From NCBI GenBank assembly GCA_963809485.1, contig CAWEJX010000001.1, positions 256,001 to 320,000 on the forward strand: DNA of 64,000 nucleotides, given 5' to 3'. Origin of the DNA: an uncultured Acidobacteriota bacterium. Its GTDB lineage: Bacteria; Acidobacteriota; UBA6911. Position 1 is the stretch's first letter. Each line of letters begins with the position of its first letter. The notes under the pieces were generated by a model, which had not been told where the DNA came from, made no database searches, and worked only from the letters and a program-made list of their open reading frames with translations. This document shows positions 9,350-21,208 of the stretch, one piece after another. A program made the position numbers and the translations under genes.

Positions 9350-11386
9350 TTGTCCATGCAAACAGCCGGAAAACCCAAATTCCAGCCTTACGTGCCAGCG
9401 GACAACCAGATGAGCGAGTTCACGCTCAGGGCAATTATTCTTGGTCTCATTATGACGGGCATCCTGGGCGCCGCCAACGCCTATCTCGGGCTGAAAGCAG
9501 GTATGACCATAGCGGCGACCTATCCGGCGGCGGTTATCAGCATGGCTATTCTCAGAATGATGAAAGGCTCCCTTCTGGAAGAGAACATGGCGCGAACCAT
9601 CGGCTCGATCGGGGAGTCCGTTGCCGCCGGCGCCGTCTTCACGATCCCGGCATTTGTGCTGGCTGGGCTCTGGCCCGCAATGGGCATGGAGAAATACTGG
9701 GAATCGGTCGCCCTGATGGTCATCGGCGGACTGCTTGGCATACTCTTCGTGACCCTGCTGCGCCGAGTCATGGTTGAAGATCAGGAACTCCCGTTCCCGG
9801 AATCGGTTGCAGCGGCCGAAATTCATAAGGCGGGACAGCAGGGCTCCAAAGCCGCAAAGATTCTTTTTGCCAATATGGGATTCGGTGCCCTCGTCAACGC
9901 GCTGGGGCAGCTAAACATATTTGAACCGGTCAGGACGTTTACGGTTAACATCGGGGCCCTGGGCAAAAGCCTGTTGTTGCGCACCAGCACCAATCCCAAT
10001 GTCGCTTCGATCACAACGGGAGGATCGAGCATTTTCAACTCGCCCGCCATCAGCCCCGCTTACCTCGGCGTCGGCTACATCATCGGCCCGAATCTTGCGG
10101 CGCTGAATTTCTCCGGCGGCATTCTTGCGTGGGGCCTGCTGGTTCCATTGCTAACCTACCTGTTGGGTCCGCAACTGCAGCTGAACGCACAGGGAGACAG
10201 TGTTGGCTGGGGCACCCTTGCAGGCGCGGTTTATTTCTCTATCGTCCGGCCCATCGCCGTCGGCGGCATGCTGGTAGGAGCCGGGTACACTCTGTTCCGC
10301 ATGCGCAAACAACTGGGGATCGGGATGGCGCGCGCGGTGAGCGATCTTAGAAAATCCGCTGAGACCAAAACTGCCGTAAACAGAACCGAGCGCGATTTGA
10401 ACACAAAGGTGGTCTTTCTGAGCATCGCCCTGGTGTTCATCGCAATGATAGGGATCTATCACTATTTCATCGCAGGCGCCGGCGCCCTGACGGGCTCGAA
10501 AATCCTCCTGGGCGCCGTCGTAGCGGCGCTGGTAATGGTGGTCCTTGGATTCTTTTTCGCCGCAGTGTCAGGCAACCTGGTCGGTATGATCGGGTCGTCC
10601 AATAATCCCGTATCCGGTCTCACCCTTTGCACGCTGGTAGTCTCGGCTTTGCTGCTGGTGGCGCTGGGAGTCTCGGGAGCCAGCGGCGTCGCGGCCGTGC
10701 TCGGCGTGGCGGCCGTCATATGCGTTTCTTCCGCGGTCGCGGGAGAAATGCTCCAGGACCTGAAGGTGGGCCATATCCTTGGAGGAACCCCCTCCAAAAT
10801 GCAGATTGGAGATATTTTCGGAATTATTGTCGCTTCGCTTATTCTGTTTTTCCCTCTGATGGTGCTTGACAACGCTTATCACTTTGGCAGCGCACAGTTA
10901 TCGGCGCCTCAGGCCGGCCTGATGGCAATGCTCGCGCAGGGAATCGTGGGCGGCAACATGGCGTGGCCGCTGGTGGTGGTTGGGATTCTGCTCGGCTTCG
11001 CCATGATTCTCGTCAAAGTGCGCAGCCCCATGCTGTTTTCCGTCGGGATGTATCTGCCGCTGGACACAACCTTCGCAATCTTTCTCGGCGGAATTATCCG
11101 CTGGATCACCGATACCATGCGCGACCGCCGCGGACTGAATGAGGCCCAGAAGGCCCGAGTCGATAATGCCGGGGTATTGACGGCCTCCGGTCTGATCGCC
11201 GGTGAAGCTCTTTGCGGACTTGTGATCGCGGGCATCTGGCAGGGAAGGACGCCCCGGATTTTCGATTCGCCTCACTGGATAGGGATGATCATTGCGTTTA
11301 TCGTCCTCATGCTGGTAATGATCCGCGTGCCGCTGGCAAACGCGGGCCGCCCGGATGAGCCGGCTCCTCCAACCGCAATTATGTAA
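9350..11386 (+). CDS. Oligopeptide transporter, OPT family
   Basis: EFTLRAIILG, NAYLGLKAG, LPFPES.A, SSNNPVSG and QDLKVGHILGGTP; many TM helices. ATG at 9356 is the likely start. Confidence 0.93.
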   Translation: MSMQTAGKPKFQPYVPADNQMSEFTLRAIILGLIMTGILGAANAYLGLKAGMTIAATYPAAVISMAILRMMKGSLLEENMARTIGSIGESVAAGAVFTIPAFVLAGLWPAMGMEKYWESVALMVIGGLLGILFVTLLRRVMVEDQELPFPESVAAAEIHKAGQQGSKAAKILFANMGFGALVNALGQLNIFEPVRTFTVNIGALGKSLLLRTSTNPNVASITTGGSSIFNSPAISPAYLGVGYIIGPNLAALNFSGGILAWGLLVPLLTYLLGPQLQLNAQGDSVGWGTLAGAVYFSIVRPIAVGGMLVGAGYTLFRMRKQLGIGMARAVSDLRKSAETKTAVNRTERDLNTKVVFLSIALVFIAMIGIYHYFIAGAGALTGSKILLGAVVAALVMVVLGFFFAAVSGNLVGMIGSSNNPVSGLTLCTLVVSALLLVALGVSGASGVAAVLGVAAVICVSSAVAGEMLQDLKVGHILGGTPSKMQIGDIFGIIVASLILFFPLMVLDNAYHFGSAQLSAPQAGLMAMLAQGIVGGNMAWPLVVVGILLGFAMILVKVRSPMLFSVGMYLPLDTTFAIFLGGIIRWITDTMRDRRGLNEAQKARVDNAGVLTASGLIAGEALCGLVIAGIWQGRTPRIFDSPHWIGMIIAFIVLMLVMIRVPLANAGRPDEPAPPTAIM

Positions 11387-11443
11387 TTCAAAAGCCTCCG
11401 GCAGAGCCTGGAGGCTTGATTGAACGCCGTTCAAAGCAGTTGG
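11387..11443 (-). repeat. Lone IS200/IS605-type right-end hairpins, probably acting as the OPT gene terminator
   Basis: AAGCCTCCGGCAGAGCCTGGAGGCTTGA..CCGTTCAAAGCAGTTGG matches the end of the 400-bp element. No left end was found. Confidence 0.65.
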
Positions 11444-11656
11444 ATATGCCTCGCCGCATTTAACTACTGCCATACGCTATCGATAGCTGACGGATCTCGC
11501 ACGCTGACCTCTGTCTCGGGTAACATCATTTTTTATGCGTCTCTCGGCGCCAATTGATCTCGGGACTTCCTAACCTCCAACCAAAAGAACTCAATCCCGC
11601 CTGAGCCATCGCAGTGGAACAGTTCTGAGAAATGCGGCCCAACCATTATCAAATAT

Positions 11657-11685
11657 TTGACAATGATACACTCAGATCTTATATA
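11657..11685 (+). promoter_or_regulatory. Sigma70-type promoter of hsp20-clpB with an overlapping HAIR-like inverted repeat
   Basis: TTGACA-17 nt-TATATA. TTGACA-N7-ACTCAG resembles the HspR site TTGAGT-N7-ACTCAA. Confidence 0.6.
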
Positions 11686-11724
11686 GCAAGCGTACTAAAT
11701 AAATAAAAAGGGAGGTGGAAAAAA

Positions 11725-12165
11725 ATGTTTTTGATTCCTTATGTCAGAAGGTCAGAAGTTCCGGCTGTCAGCCGGTTGTTTGATGAGTTTTTTAACGATT
11801 TCCCATTCACCAGCTCTCTGGCAGATGGTAGGGAAAACTGGATCCCATCCGTCGATATTCTTGAAAAAGAAGGAAATATCGTACTCAGGGCGGAGCTTCC
11901 GGGAATGAACGAAAAGGAAATAGAGCTGAAGGTTGAGGGAGATATGCTGATCCTGAAGGGCGAGAGAAAGATGGAAAGTGAAGATAACAAGAGCACTTAC
12001 CATCGAATCGAGAGATCCTACGGATCCTTCACCCGTTCTTTCAGGCTCCCGGACACGGTGGATTCTGAAAAAATCAACGCGGACTATAAAAACGGGGTAC
12101 TAACGATAACCATTTCGAAAAAGCCGGAGGTTAAACCACGCGAAATCCCGGTCAAGGTTCAGTAA
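11725..12165 (+). CDS. Hsp20/alpha-crystallin small heat-shock protein
   Basis: WIPSVDI, AELPGM, ERSYGSFTRSFRLP, YKNGVL and IPV tail; GGAGG RBS. Confidence 0.96.
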   Translation: MFLIPYVRRSEVPAVSRLFDEFFNDFPFTSSLADGRENWIPSVDILEKEGNIVLRAELPGMNEKEIELKVEGDMLILKGERKMESEDNKSTYHRIERSYGSFTRSFRLPDTVDSEKINADYKNGVLTITISKKPEVKPREIPVKVQ

Positions 12166-12181
12166 ATAGGTTCCCAAAGCT

Positions 12182-12250
12182 GGCCACGGATTATTCGAAT
12201 TGACACAAAAATGGAAAGGCGTCCTGTCAATATCGCGGAATTCGTGGCCG
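12182..12250. repeat. Long imperfect stem-loop between hsp20 and clpB
   Basis: GGCCACGGATT..TTGACA..TGTCAA..AATTCGTGGCC. Confidence 0.55.
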
Positions 12251-12301
12251 CTTTTGCAGTAGTTCCCAATTTCAGCGCAGCGGAAATTCGAGGATTAGGA
12301 C

Positions 12302-14896
<2,595 letters not shown>

Positions 14897-15015
14897 CGAA
14901 AGACCATTTACGGTTTGATAATCCGCGCGAGCATGACGGGAGGCCATGGGAAGGGGCTCAATCGCCTTTGGCGCATCCTGTGCTATGATTTGGTTTTGAA
15001 CCGAGGGTGATATTT

Positions 15016-15861
15016 ATGGCAAACAACTTTAAGACGGTTTTGCTGCTGGGACTGTTGACCGGCATCATCCTGTTTATCGGAAGCTTCTGGGGCCGCCAGG
15101 GTCTCACCATCGCCCTAATGATGTCGATCGCGATGAATTTCGCGAGCTACTTTTTTTCCGACAAAATCGCCCTGCGCATGTACCGGGCAGAGCCGGTGAC
15201 CCGGGAACAGGCCCCGCAGATCCACCGGATCGTCGACTTTCTGTGCTCACGCGCAGGAATTCCGACCCCTAAAGTGTATTTGATCCCTGACGATTCGCCC
15301 AACGCGTTTGCTACCGGGCGTGATCCCCAGCACGCGTCCGTTGCCGTCACGCAGGGAGCGCTGCGCCTGTTAAGCGAGGATGAACTCACCGGCGTTCTGG
15401 CCCACGAGATTTCGCATGTGAAGAATCGCGATATTCTCATCAGCAGCGTTGCGGCGACCCTGGCCGGAATGATCATGTGGATCGCCAATATGGCCCGTTT
15501 CGCGGCGTTCTTTGGAGGCGGACGGGACCGGGATGACGAAGGCGGTGGAGCCCTGGGCGGCCTGGTAACGATCATCGTGGCTCCTATTGCAGCCATGCTG
15601 ATACAGATGTGGATCTCCCGAACACGGGAATACCAGGCCGATGCAAGCGGAGCCGAAATTGCAGGCAGTCCTCACGGGCTGGCTTCCGCACTGCAAAAGC
15701 TGGAAAGCTATTCCAAGCGGATTCCGATGCAGGCGTCTCCGAACACCGCCCACATGCTGATCATGCATCCATTTTCCGGCCGCGCATTGATGAATCTTTT
15801 CAGCACCCACCCGTCGACCCAGAAGCGTATCGAGCGTCTATTGGAAAGGCGGCCTTCTTGA
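15016..15861 (+). CDS. htpX: Zinc metalloprotease HtpX
   Basis: PNAFATGR, AHEISH, ISRTREYQAD and FSTHP motifs. Confidence 0.95.
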   Translation: MANNFKTVLLLGLLTGIILFIGSFWGRQGLTIALMMSIAMNFASYFFSDKIALRMYRAEPVTREQAPQIHRIVDFLCSRAGIPTPKVYLIPDDSPNAFATGRDPQHASVAVTQGALRLLSEDELTGVLAHEISHVKNRDILISSVAATLAGMIMWIANMARFAAFFGGGRDRDDEGGGALGGLVTIIVAPIAAMLIQMWISRTREYQADASGAEIAGSPHGLASALQKLESYSKRIPMQASPNTAHMLIMHPFSGRALMNLFSTHPSTQKRIERLLERRPS

Positions 15862-15924
15862 TTCGGGATTCAGGATTAGAGATACCGCATTCCTGGTGCC
15901 AATTTAAAGCTCTGAATCCTGAAT
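15860..15924. repeat. Inverted pair of short heptamer arrays: (GATTCGG/GATTCAG)...(CTGAATC)
   Basis: gattcgg gattcag gattag starts in the htpX stop codon; tctgaatcctgaat lies at 15911-15924. Confidence 0.6.
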
Positions 15925-15951
15925 AGCCAAATTTTTGTCTACGGTAAAGCG

Positions 15952-16527
15952 ATGGAAAACTCTGACTCTCCGGGCTTTCAAGTGATTGATAAAAGACAAT
16001 TTGCAGACCTCGACAAAATCGACATGAGTGCCATACCCGAGGAAAAACCGCGCTATCCCAGCTATGTGGAGGAATTGATGGCCCGTATGGCTGAAACCGA
16101 GCGGAAATTTCAGGAAAAGAAAAAGCAGATCGACGAGGAGATATCTCGCACCAAAGCCCGTCTGGAATCGGATTTTGATCGCAAACTCGAGCTGGAAAAA
16201 AAGAAGATCGTTCTGCCGTTTCTTGAAGTCCTCGACAATCTTCAGCGGGCAATCGATGCGGCCTCACAGGCAGGAACCGTCGAGCATTTGCTGGAAGGGG
16301 TCCAGATGACCGCGAACCTGTTCCGGTCCAAGCTTCAGTCCATAGGGGTGGAGGCCATAAACGCTCTGGATAAGCCTTTTGATCCCAACTGGGAACAGGC
16401 CGTCGGCGCAGTTGATGTTGCGGACGGGGACCTCGATGGCGTTGTTGTGGAAGAAGTCCAACCCGGATACTGCATGAACGGCCAGCTGCTGCGGCCCGCC
16501 ATCGTGCGTGTAGGCCATCTCAAATGA
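15952..16527 (+). CDS. grpE: Nucleotide exchange factor GrpE
   Basis: FLEVLDNLQRA, FDPNWEQAV and GY..NGQLLRPAIVRV. Confidence 0.93.
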   Translation: MENSDSPGFQVIDKRQFADLDKIDMSAIPEEKPRYPSYVEELMARMAETERKFQEKKKQIDEEISRTKARLESDFDRKLELEKKKIVLPFLEVLDNLQRAIDAASQAGTVEHLLEGVQMTANLFRSKLQSIGVEAINALDKPFDPNWEQAVGAVDVADGDLDGVVVEEVQPGYCMNGQLLRPAIVRVGHLK

Positions 16528-16657
16528 CGAATTACGATTGACGATTTGAATTATATCGTGCCGGGATTGCATTGGGCATTTCAGGAACAACCTGCACCTG
16601 AAGATTTGCCGCCACATATGTTTCCAATCGTCAATTGTCCATCGTAAATCGTAAATC
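16523..16657. repeat. Inverted pair of heptamer arrays: (TGACGAA/TTACGAT/TGACGAT)...(ATCGTCA/ATCGTAA)
   Basis: The first array overlaps the grpE stop codon; the partner is at 16626-16657. Confidence 0.7.
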
Positions 16658-16744
16658 CGTTTCAGTAGCCAATATCATTCCTGATTGAGTTCAAATCCGC
16701 TATCGTAGTATATTGACCCACAGTCAGGAAGGGCTGCCACTCTC

Positions 16745-18010
16745 ATGTCGATTACGATATTGACAACAAACATGCACGTCCCAGGTCTTCAGGACATCGG
16801 CACGGCCGAATCCCTGGGCACCTACAGGGCTTTAGGCAAGGCTTTGCGGGAACACCAGCCTGCCGATATCATCGAGATCGTCAAAAAGTCAGGTTTGCGC
16901 GGCCGCGGTGGAGCCGGTTTCCCAACGGGAATGAAGTGGGGATTCGTGCCCAAAAACATCGGCAAACCGATTTATCTTTGCGTCAACGCCGACGAAAGCG
17001 AACCGGGGACCTTTAAGGACCGCTTGATTATCGAGAAGGACCCGCACCAGCTCCTTGAAGGAACGATCATATCGGCCTATGCATTGGACTGTCACCAGGC
17101 CTTCATATACATTCGCGGCGAGTTCAGCTACGGCGCGGGCGTATTGGACAAGGCGGTACGTCAAGCCTACGAAAGAGGATTACTGGGCAAAAAGATTCTG
17201 GGTTCCGGGTTTGACCTGGACCTGACAGTTCACAGGGGAGCCGGGGCGTATATCTGCGGGGAGGAAACGGCTTTGCTGGAATCGCTGGAAGGCAAGCGCG
17301 GGCATCCCCGGCTCAAACCCCCATTCCCGGCCGTTGTCGGGCTATACGGTTCTCCGACTGTCATCAACAATGTCGAAACCATAGCAAACGTTCCTCACAT
17401 CATCAATAAGGGCCCCGAGTGGTATGCCTCTATCGGTGTGGACAAAAATGCCGGGACCCGTCTTTTCGGTGTCAGCGGTCATGTGAAAAACCGAGGCATT
17501 TATGAGCTTCCCATGGGCACTCCTCTGAGCGAGCTGATCTTTGATCATTGCGGCGGGATGCGAAACGGGCGAAAACTCAAGGCAATCGTTCCCGGCGGCT
17601 CCTCAGTCCCGGTTTTGACGGCGGATCAGATCGACGTGCGACTCGACTTCGACTCCATCGCGAAGGCAGGAAGCATGCTGGGATCAGCCGGCGTTATTGT
17701 CATGGACGATTCCACCTGCATGGTGAAAGCGGCCCGCAGAATAGCCAGGTTCTATGCGGAGGAATCCTGCGGCCAATGCACCCAGTGCCGGGAAGGCACG
17801 GAGTGGCTGTACCAGATACTCACCAGGATTGAAAACGGCCGGGGCAGGCGTGGCGAACTGGAACTAATGCTGGACATCTGCGCTGCAATGAAGGGGAAAA
17901 CCATCTGCCCGCTCTCGGACGCTGCCGCCATGCCCATAGAGAGCTATATTTCGAAATTCCACGACGAGTTTGCGGCGCATATTCAGGAGCAACGCTGCGT
18001 CGTGGCTTGA
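16745..18010 (+). CDS. nuoF: NADH-quinone oxidoreductase subunit F
   Basis: GLRGRGGAGFPTGMKW, NADESEPGTFKDR, GAGAYICGEETAL, and the Fe-S motif ESCGQCTQCREG..C. Confidence 0.95.
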   Translation: MSITILTTNMHVPGLQDIGTAESLGTYRALGKALREHQPADIIEIVKKSGLRGRGGAGFPTGMKWGFVPKNIGKPIYLCVNADESEPGTFKDRLIIEKDPHQLLEGTIISAYALDCHQAFIYIRGEFSYGAGVLDKAVRQAYERGLLGKKILGSGFDLDLTVHRGAGAYICGEETALLESLEGKRGHPRLKPPFPAVVGLYGSPTVINNVETIANVPHIINKGPEWYASIGVDKNAGTRLFGVSGHVKNRGIYELPMGTPLSELIFDHCGGMRNGRKLKAIVPGGSSVPVLTADQIDVRLDFDSIAKAGSMLGSAGVIVMDDSTCMVKAARRIARFYAEESCGQCTQCREGTEWLYQILTRIENGRGRRGELELMLDICAAMKGKTICPLSDAAAMPIESYISKFHDEFAAHIQEQRCVVA

Positions 18011-18023
18011 CCGGAAGAAGGCC

Positions 18024-18830
18024 ATGAAAGAACGTGCAGCGGTGGTCGCCGGACAGTTTTACCCTTCAGATCCTGACGATCTGCGCAGGGTCATCGCCTC
18101 ATTCTTCAAAAAACCCGAAACAGCCCTGGAAGCCATGGCCGTTGTTGTACCCCATGCTGGTTATGTGTATTCGGGTCCCGTGGCGGGCGGAGTCTTTTGC
18201 TCGATACGCCTGCCCAAACGCGTCATTCTACTGGGACCCAATCATACAGGCCGGGGAGCGGGACTGGCACTCTCTCCGTCCGGTTCGTGGCGCACTCCCC
18301 TGGGCGCAGTCTCCATCGACGCGGAAATGAACCGCGAGCTTCTCGCCGAATGCCCCGGGCTGCAGGAGGATTCGTCAGCCCACGCCAGGGAGCATTCGCT
18401 GGAAGTTCAGATCCCTTTCATCCAGGCGCTGCAGCCTGATTTCCGGTTTTGCGCGATCTGTGTCGGAACGGATGATTACGCCGCGCTGGAAGCGCTGGGA
18501 CATGGCATGGCTGGGGCCATAAAATCCCTGAAAGAATCCGTTCTGCTCGTCGCAAGCTCCGACATGACCCATTATGAAACGGCCGAGCACGCCGCCAGGC
18601 AGGACCGCTTCGCAATCGACCAAATTCTGAAACTGGATCCTCAGGGCCTCTATCAGACGGTGATGGACAGGGATATTACCATGTGCGGTTTCGCGCCGAC
18701 TGTTGCCGTTATCATCGCCTGTCTGGATCTGGGTGCCTCGGAAGGCCGATTGATCCGATACACCAATTCCGGGGAAGCCAGCGGCGACTACCGCAGTGTC
18801 GTCGGATACGCCGGCCTCACCATCACATAA
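18024..18830 (+). CDS. amrB: AmmeMemoRadiSam system protein B (MEMO1 family)
   Basis: VAGQFYP, PHAGYVYSG, GPNH, EHSLEVQIPF, SSDMTHY, TMCG and VVGY. Confidence 0.95.
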   Translation: MKERAAVVAGQFYPSDPDDLRRVIASFFKKPETALEAMAVVVPHAGYVYSGPVAGGVFCSIRLPKRVILLGPNHTGRGAGLALSPSGSWRTPLGAVSIDAEMNRELLAECPGLQEDSSAHAREHSLEVQIPFIQALQPDFRFCAICVGTDDYAALEALGHGMAGAIKSLKESVLLVASSDMTHYETAEHAARQDRFAIDQILKLDPQGLYQTVMDRDITMCGFAPTVAVIIACLDLGASEGRLIRYTNSGEASGDYRSVVGYAGLTIT

Positions 18831-19293
18831 TTACGAATTGCGAATTACGAATTACGAATGAAAACAGAAGGAGCAGCAGTGCGTGAGGATATTGCCTTTT
18901 TGACAATCTGGTTACTGCTCAGAAGCCGTGCAAAAAGAATCCCAACACTGCTTGCTTTAATTCGTCATTCGTAATTCGTCATTCGTAATTCTGTTTCATG
19001 CGGTGGGCATGGCAGATTGCAACGGCAAGGGCATCAGCCGCGTCGTCGGATACGCCGGCCTCACCATCGCATAATTACGAATTGCGAATTACGAATTACG
19101 AATGAAAACAGAAGGCGCAGGAGTGCTTGAGGATATTGCCTTTTTGACAATCTGGTTACTGCTCAGAAGCCGTGCAAAAAGAATCCCAACACTGCTTGCT
19201 TTAATTCGTCATTCGTAATTCGTCATTCGTAATTATGTTTCATGCGGTGGGCATGGCAGATTGCAACGGCAAGGGCATCAGCTGCGTCGTCGG
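18798..19293. repeat. Tandem duplication of a 244-bp unit (amrB 3' end + intergenic region + ruvC 3' end) containing inverted heptamer arrays
   Basis: GTCGTCGG at 18798, 19042 and 19286 (period 244); about 6 substitutions between the copies. Confidence 0.93.
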
Positions 19294-19708
19294 GTGAAGG
19301 GAGTTCCGGCAGATTGAGAAGAAGCCGCACCATCATCTGGATCTGGGCTTTTTCAGCGCGTCCAAAGCCCACGACGGCGCTCTTGATCTCCAGCGGCGAA
19401 TACTCCCAAACCGGCAATCCATTTTGGGCCGCCACCAGCAGAGCCACTCCTCTCGCATGACCAAGCCTGAGCGCGGATTGCACGTTTGCGGCGTAAAACA
19501 CTTCTTCAATGGCCATGACTTCGGCCTTCTCGTGCGCAAGAATATCGCTCAAATCCGTGTATATCTTGAGGAGGCGTTCTTGAAAAGGCCTGCGGGATGG
19601 AGTCTTGATAGCTCCGAAAAGAACCGGAGCATGCTTGATACCGTCGGTTTCGATGATACCGTAACCGGTAGATCCACTTCCAGGGTCAATGCCCAGTATG
19701 CGCATCAC
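19223..19708 (-). CDS. ruvC: Holliday junction resolvase RuvC
   Basis: ILGIDPG, AIEEVF, LGHARG, EYSP.EIK and DAADALAVAICH. Confidence 0.97.
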   Translation of the reverse strand: MMRILGIDPGSGSTGYGIIETDGIKHAPVLFGAIKTPSRRPFQERLLKIYTDLSDILAHEKAEVMAIEEVFYAANVQSALRLGHARGVALLVAAQNGLPVWEYSPLEIKSAVVGFGRAEKAQIQMMVRLLLNLPELPSPDDAADALAVAICHAHRMKHNYE

Positions 19709-19717
19709 CAGGCTGCC

Positions 19718-20464
19718 CTATGAAGCTTCCTTGAGCTCCGATTCATCAATGTCGAAGTTTGCCCAGACATTCTGGATATCTTCGTGGTCTTCCAGGGCTT
19801 CCATGAGCTTCAGCATAGTCTGAGCGTTTTTGCCTTCCAGTTTGACATAGTTTTGGGGCACCATGGAAATCTCGGCAGCTGCTGTGACGATTTTAGCCCC
19901 TTCCAGGGCAACTCTTACGGCATCAAAATTTTCCGGTGCAGTAAGGATCTCGAAATTACTCCCATCCTCCCGCAGATCATCGGCGCCGGCGCCCAGGGCC
20001 AGTTCCAACAGCCGCTCTTCGTCTGCAACCGACTTTTCGACTACAAAGTAACCCTTCCGGTCAAACATCCAGCCGACGCAGCCTGTCTCTCCCAGGTTCC
20101 CGCCATTTTTGGACAGGATATGCCGGAGTTCGGCGACGGTGCGGTTCCGGTTGTCCGTCAGGACGTGCATGAAGATTGCGACGCCGCCCGGCCCGTACCC
20201 TTCATAGTTTACATCCTCGTAGGAAACGCCCGGCAATTCTCCCGTGCCCCGCATAATGGCCCGCTTGATATTCTCGGCAGGCATATTGCTGGCCTTGGCG
20301 GTAGAGACCGCGAGGCGGAGTCTCGGATTGGCGTCGGGATCCCCTCCGCCCATCCGCGCCGCCGCGGTCATTTCCTTTATCAAGCGCGTAAATATCCGAC
20401 CGCGCTTCGAATCCGCAGCCGCCTTTTTATGCTTAATGGAATGCCACTTGGAGTGACCTGACAT
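19718..20464 (-). CDS. yebC: YebC/PmpR family protein
   Basis: [22 protein letters not shown] and TDNRNRT. Confidence 0.97.
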   Translation of the reverse strand: MSGHSKWHSIKHKKAAADSKRGRIFTRLIKEMTAAARMGGGDPDANPRLRLAVSTAKASNMPAENIKRAIMRGTGELPGVSYEDVNYEGYGPGGVAIFMHVLTDNRNRTVAELRHILSKNGGNLGETGCVGWMFDRKGYFVVEKSVADEERLLELALGAGADDLREDGSNFEILTAPENFDAVRVALEGAKIVTAAAEISMVPQNYVKLEGKNAQTMLKLMEALEDHEDIQNVWANFDIDESELKEAS

Positions 20465-20635
20465 AAAATGACTCCTTTTCCGTTAGAAGGATCCATTTTA
20501 TCATAGAAAGCGTTATCCTATAGGATCTTCTGGATGCAGGACAGGGAATTCGGACGAGGGGGTCATGTTACGGTTTTGGAACCTGCATTCGACCTCCCAT
20601 TTATCCACAACCTATAAGCTGAAAGCGGCTTAATT

Positions 20636-21208
20636 ATGACTCAAGACGAGGTACTCGATATTTTCAGACGGTCTGAAGCACTGCTGGAGGGGCATTTCCG
20701 GCTTACGTCCGGGCTGCACAGCGGTCAATATCTGCAATGCGCCCTGGTGCTGCAGAATCCCCAGCAGGCGGCCGTATTGGGGGCAGCCCTGGGGGAGCGC
20801 CTTCGGTCATTAGCCGGCATCCCGGATTTTGTAATCGCGCCCGCGCTTGGGGGAATCCTGGTATCGCACGAGGTCGCGCGCGCAATGGGTGTCCGCGGCC
20901 TTTTCGCCGAGCGCCAGGAGGGCGTTCTCAGACTGCGGCGCGGTTTTCAGATCCAACCCGGCGAAAGGGGTTATGTGGTCGAGGATGTCGTGACTACCGG
21001 CGGGTCTACGCGGGAAACCATGCAGGTTGTCACTCAGGCTGGGGGGATCGTTCTGGCCGCCGGATCTTTGATCGACCGCAGCGGCGGGAGAACCGATTTG
21101 GGCGTTCTCAGAGCCGCCCTCGCAGTTTTGGACATACCCTCTTTTTCTCCAGACGAGTGTCCGTTATGCAAAAGCGGAAGCCAGGCCGTCAAACCCGGCA
21201 GCCGATGA
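20636..21208 (+). CDS. pyrE: Orotate phosphoribosyltransferase
   Basis: GHFRLTSGLHS and the PRPP-binding motif VVEDVVTTGGS. Confidence 0.95.
   Translation: MTQDEVLDIFRRSEALLEGHFRLTSGLHSGQYLQCALVLQNPQQAAVLGAALGERLRSLAGIPDFVIAPALGGILVSHEVARAMGVRGLFAERQEGVLRLRRGFQIQPGERGYVVEDVVTTGGSTRETMQVVTQAGGIVLAAGSLIDRSGGRTDLGVLRAALAVLDIPSFSPDECPLCKSGSQAVKPGSR

Noticed and set aside
11684-11698. CIRCE element before hsp20 (TAGCAAGCGTACTAA)
   Set aside because: It lacks the 9-bp arms and 9-bp spacer of CIRCE.
16680-16700. tRNA T-loop-like GTTCAAATCC (also GTTCGAATCC at about 63060)
   Set aside because: No cloverleaf or acceptor stem; the second lies within mutM.
20737-21204. Long N-terminal extensions in the ORF track (truA, and similarly DegT 43370, VOC 37650, transposase 29657, amrB 17970, ligA 31514)
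   Set aside because: They overlap upstream genes or lack an RBS; family-typical N-termini begin at downstream ATGs.
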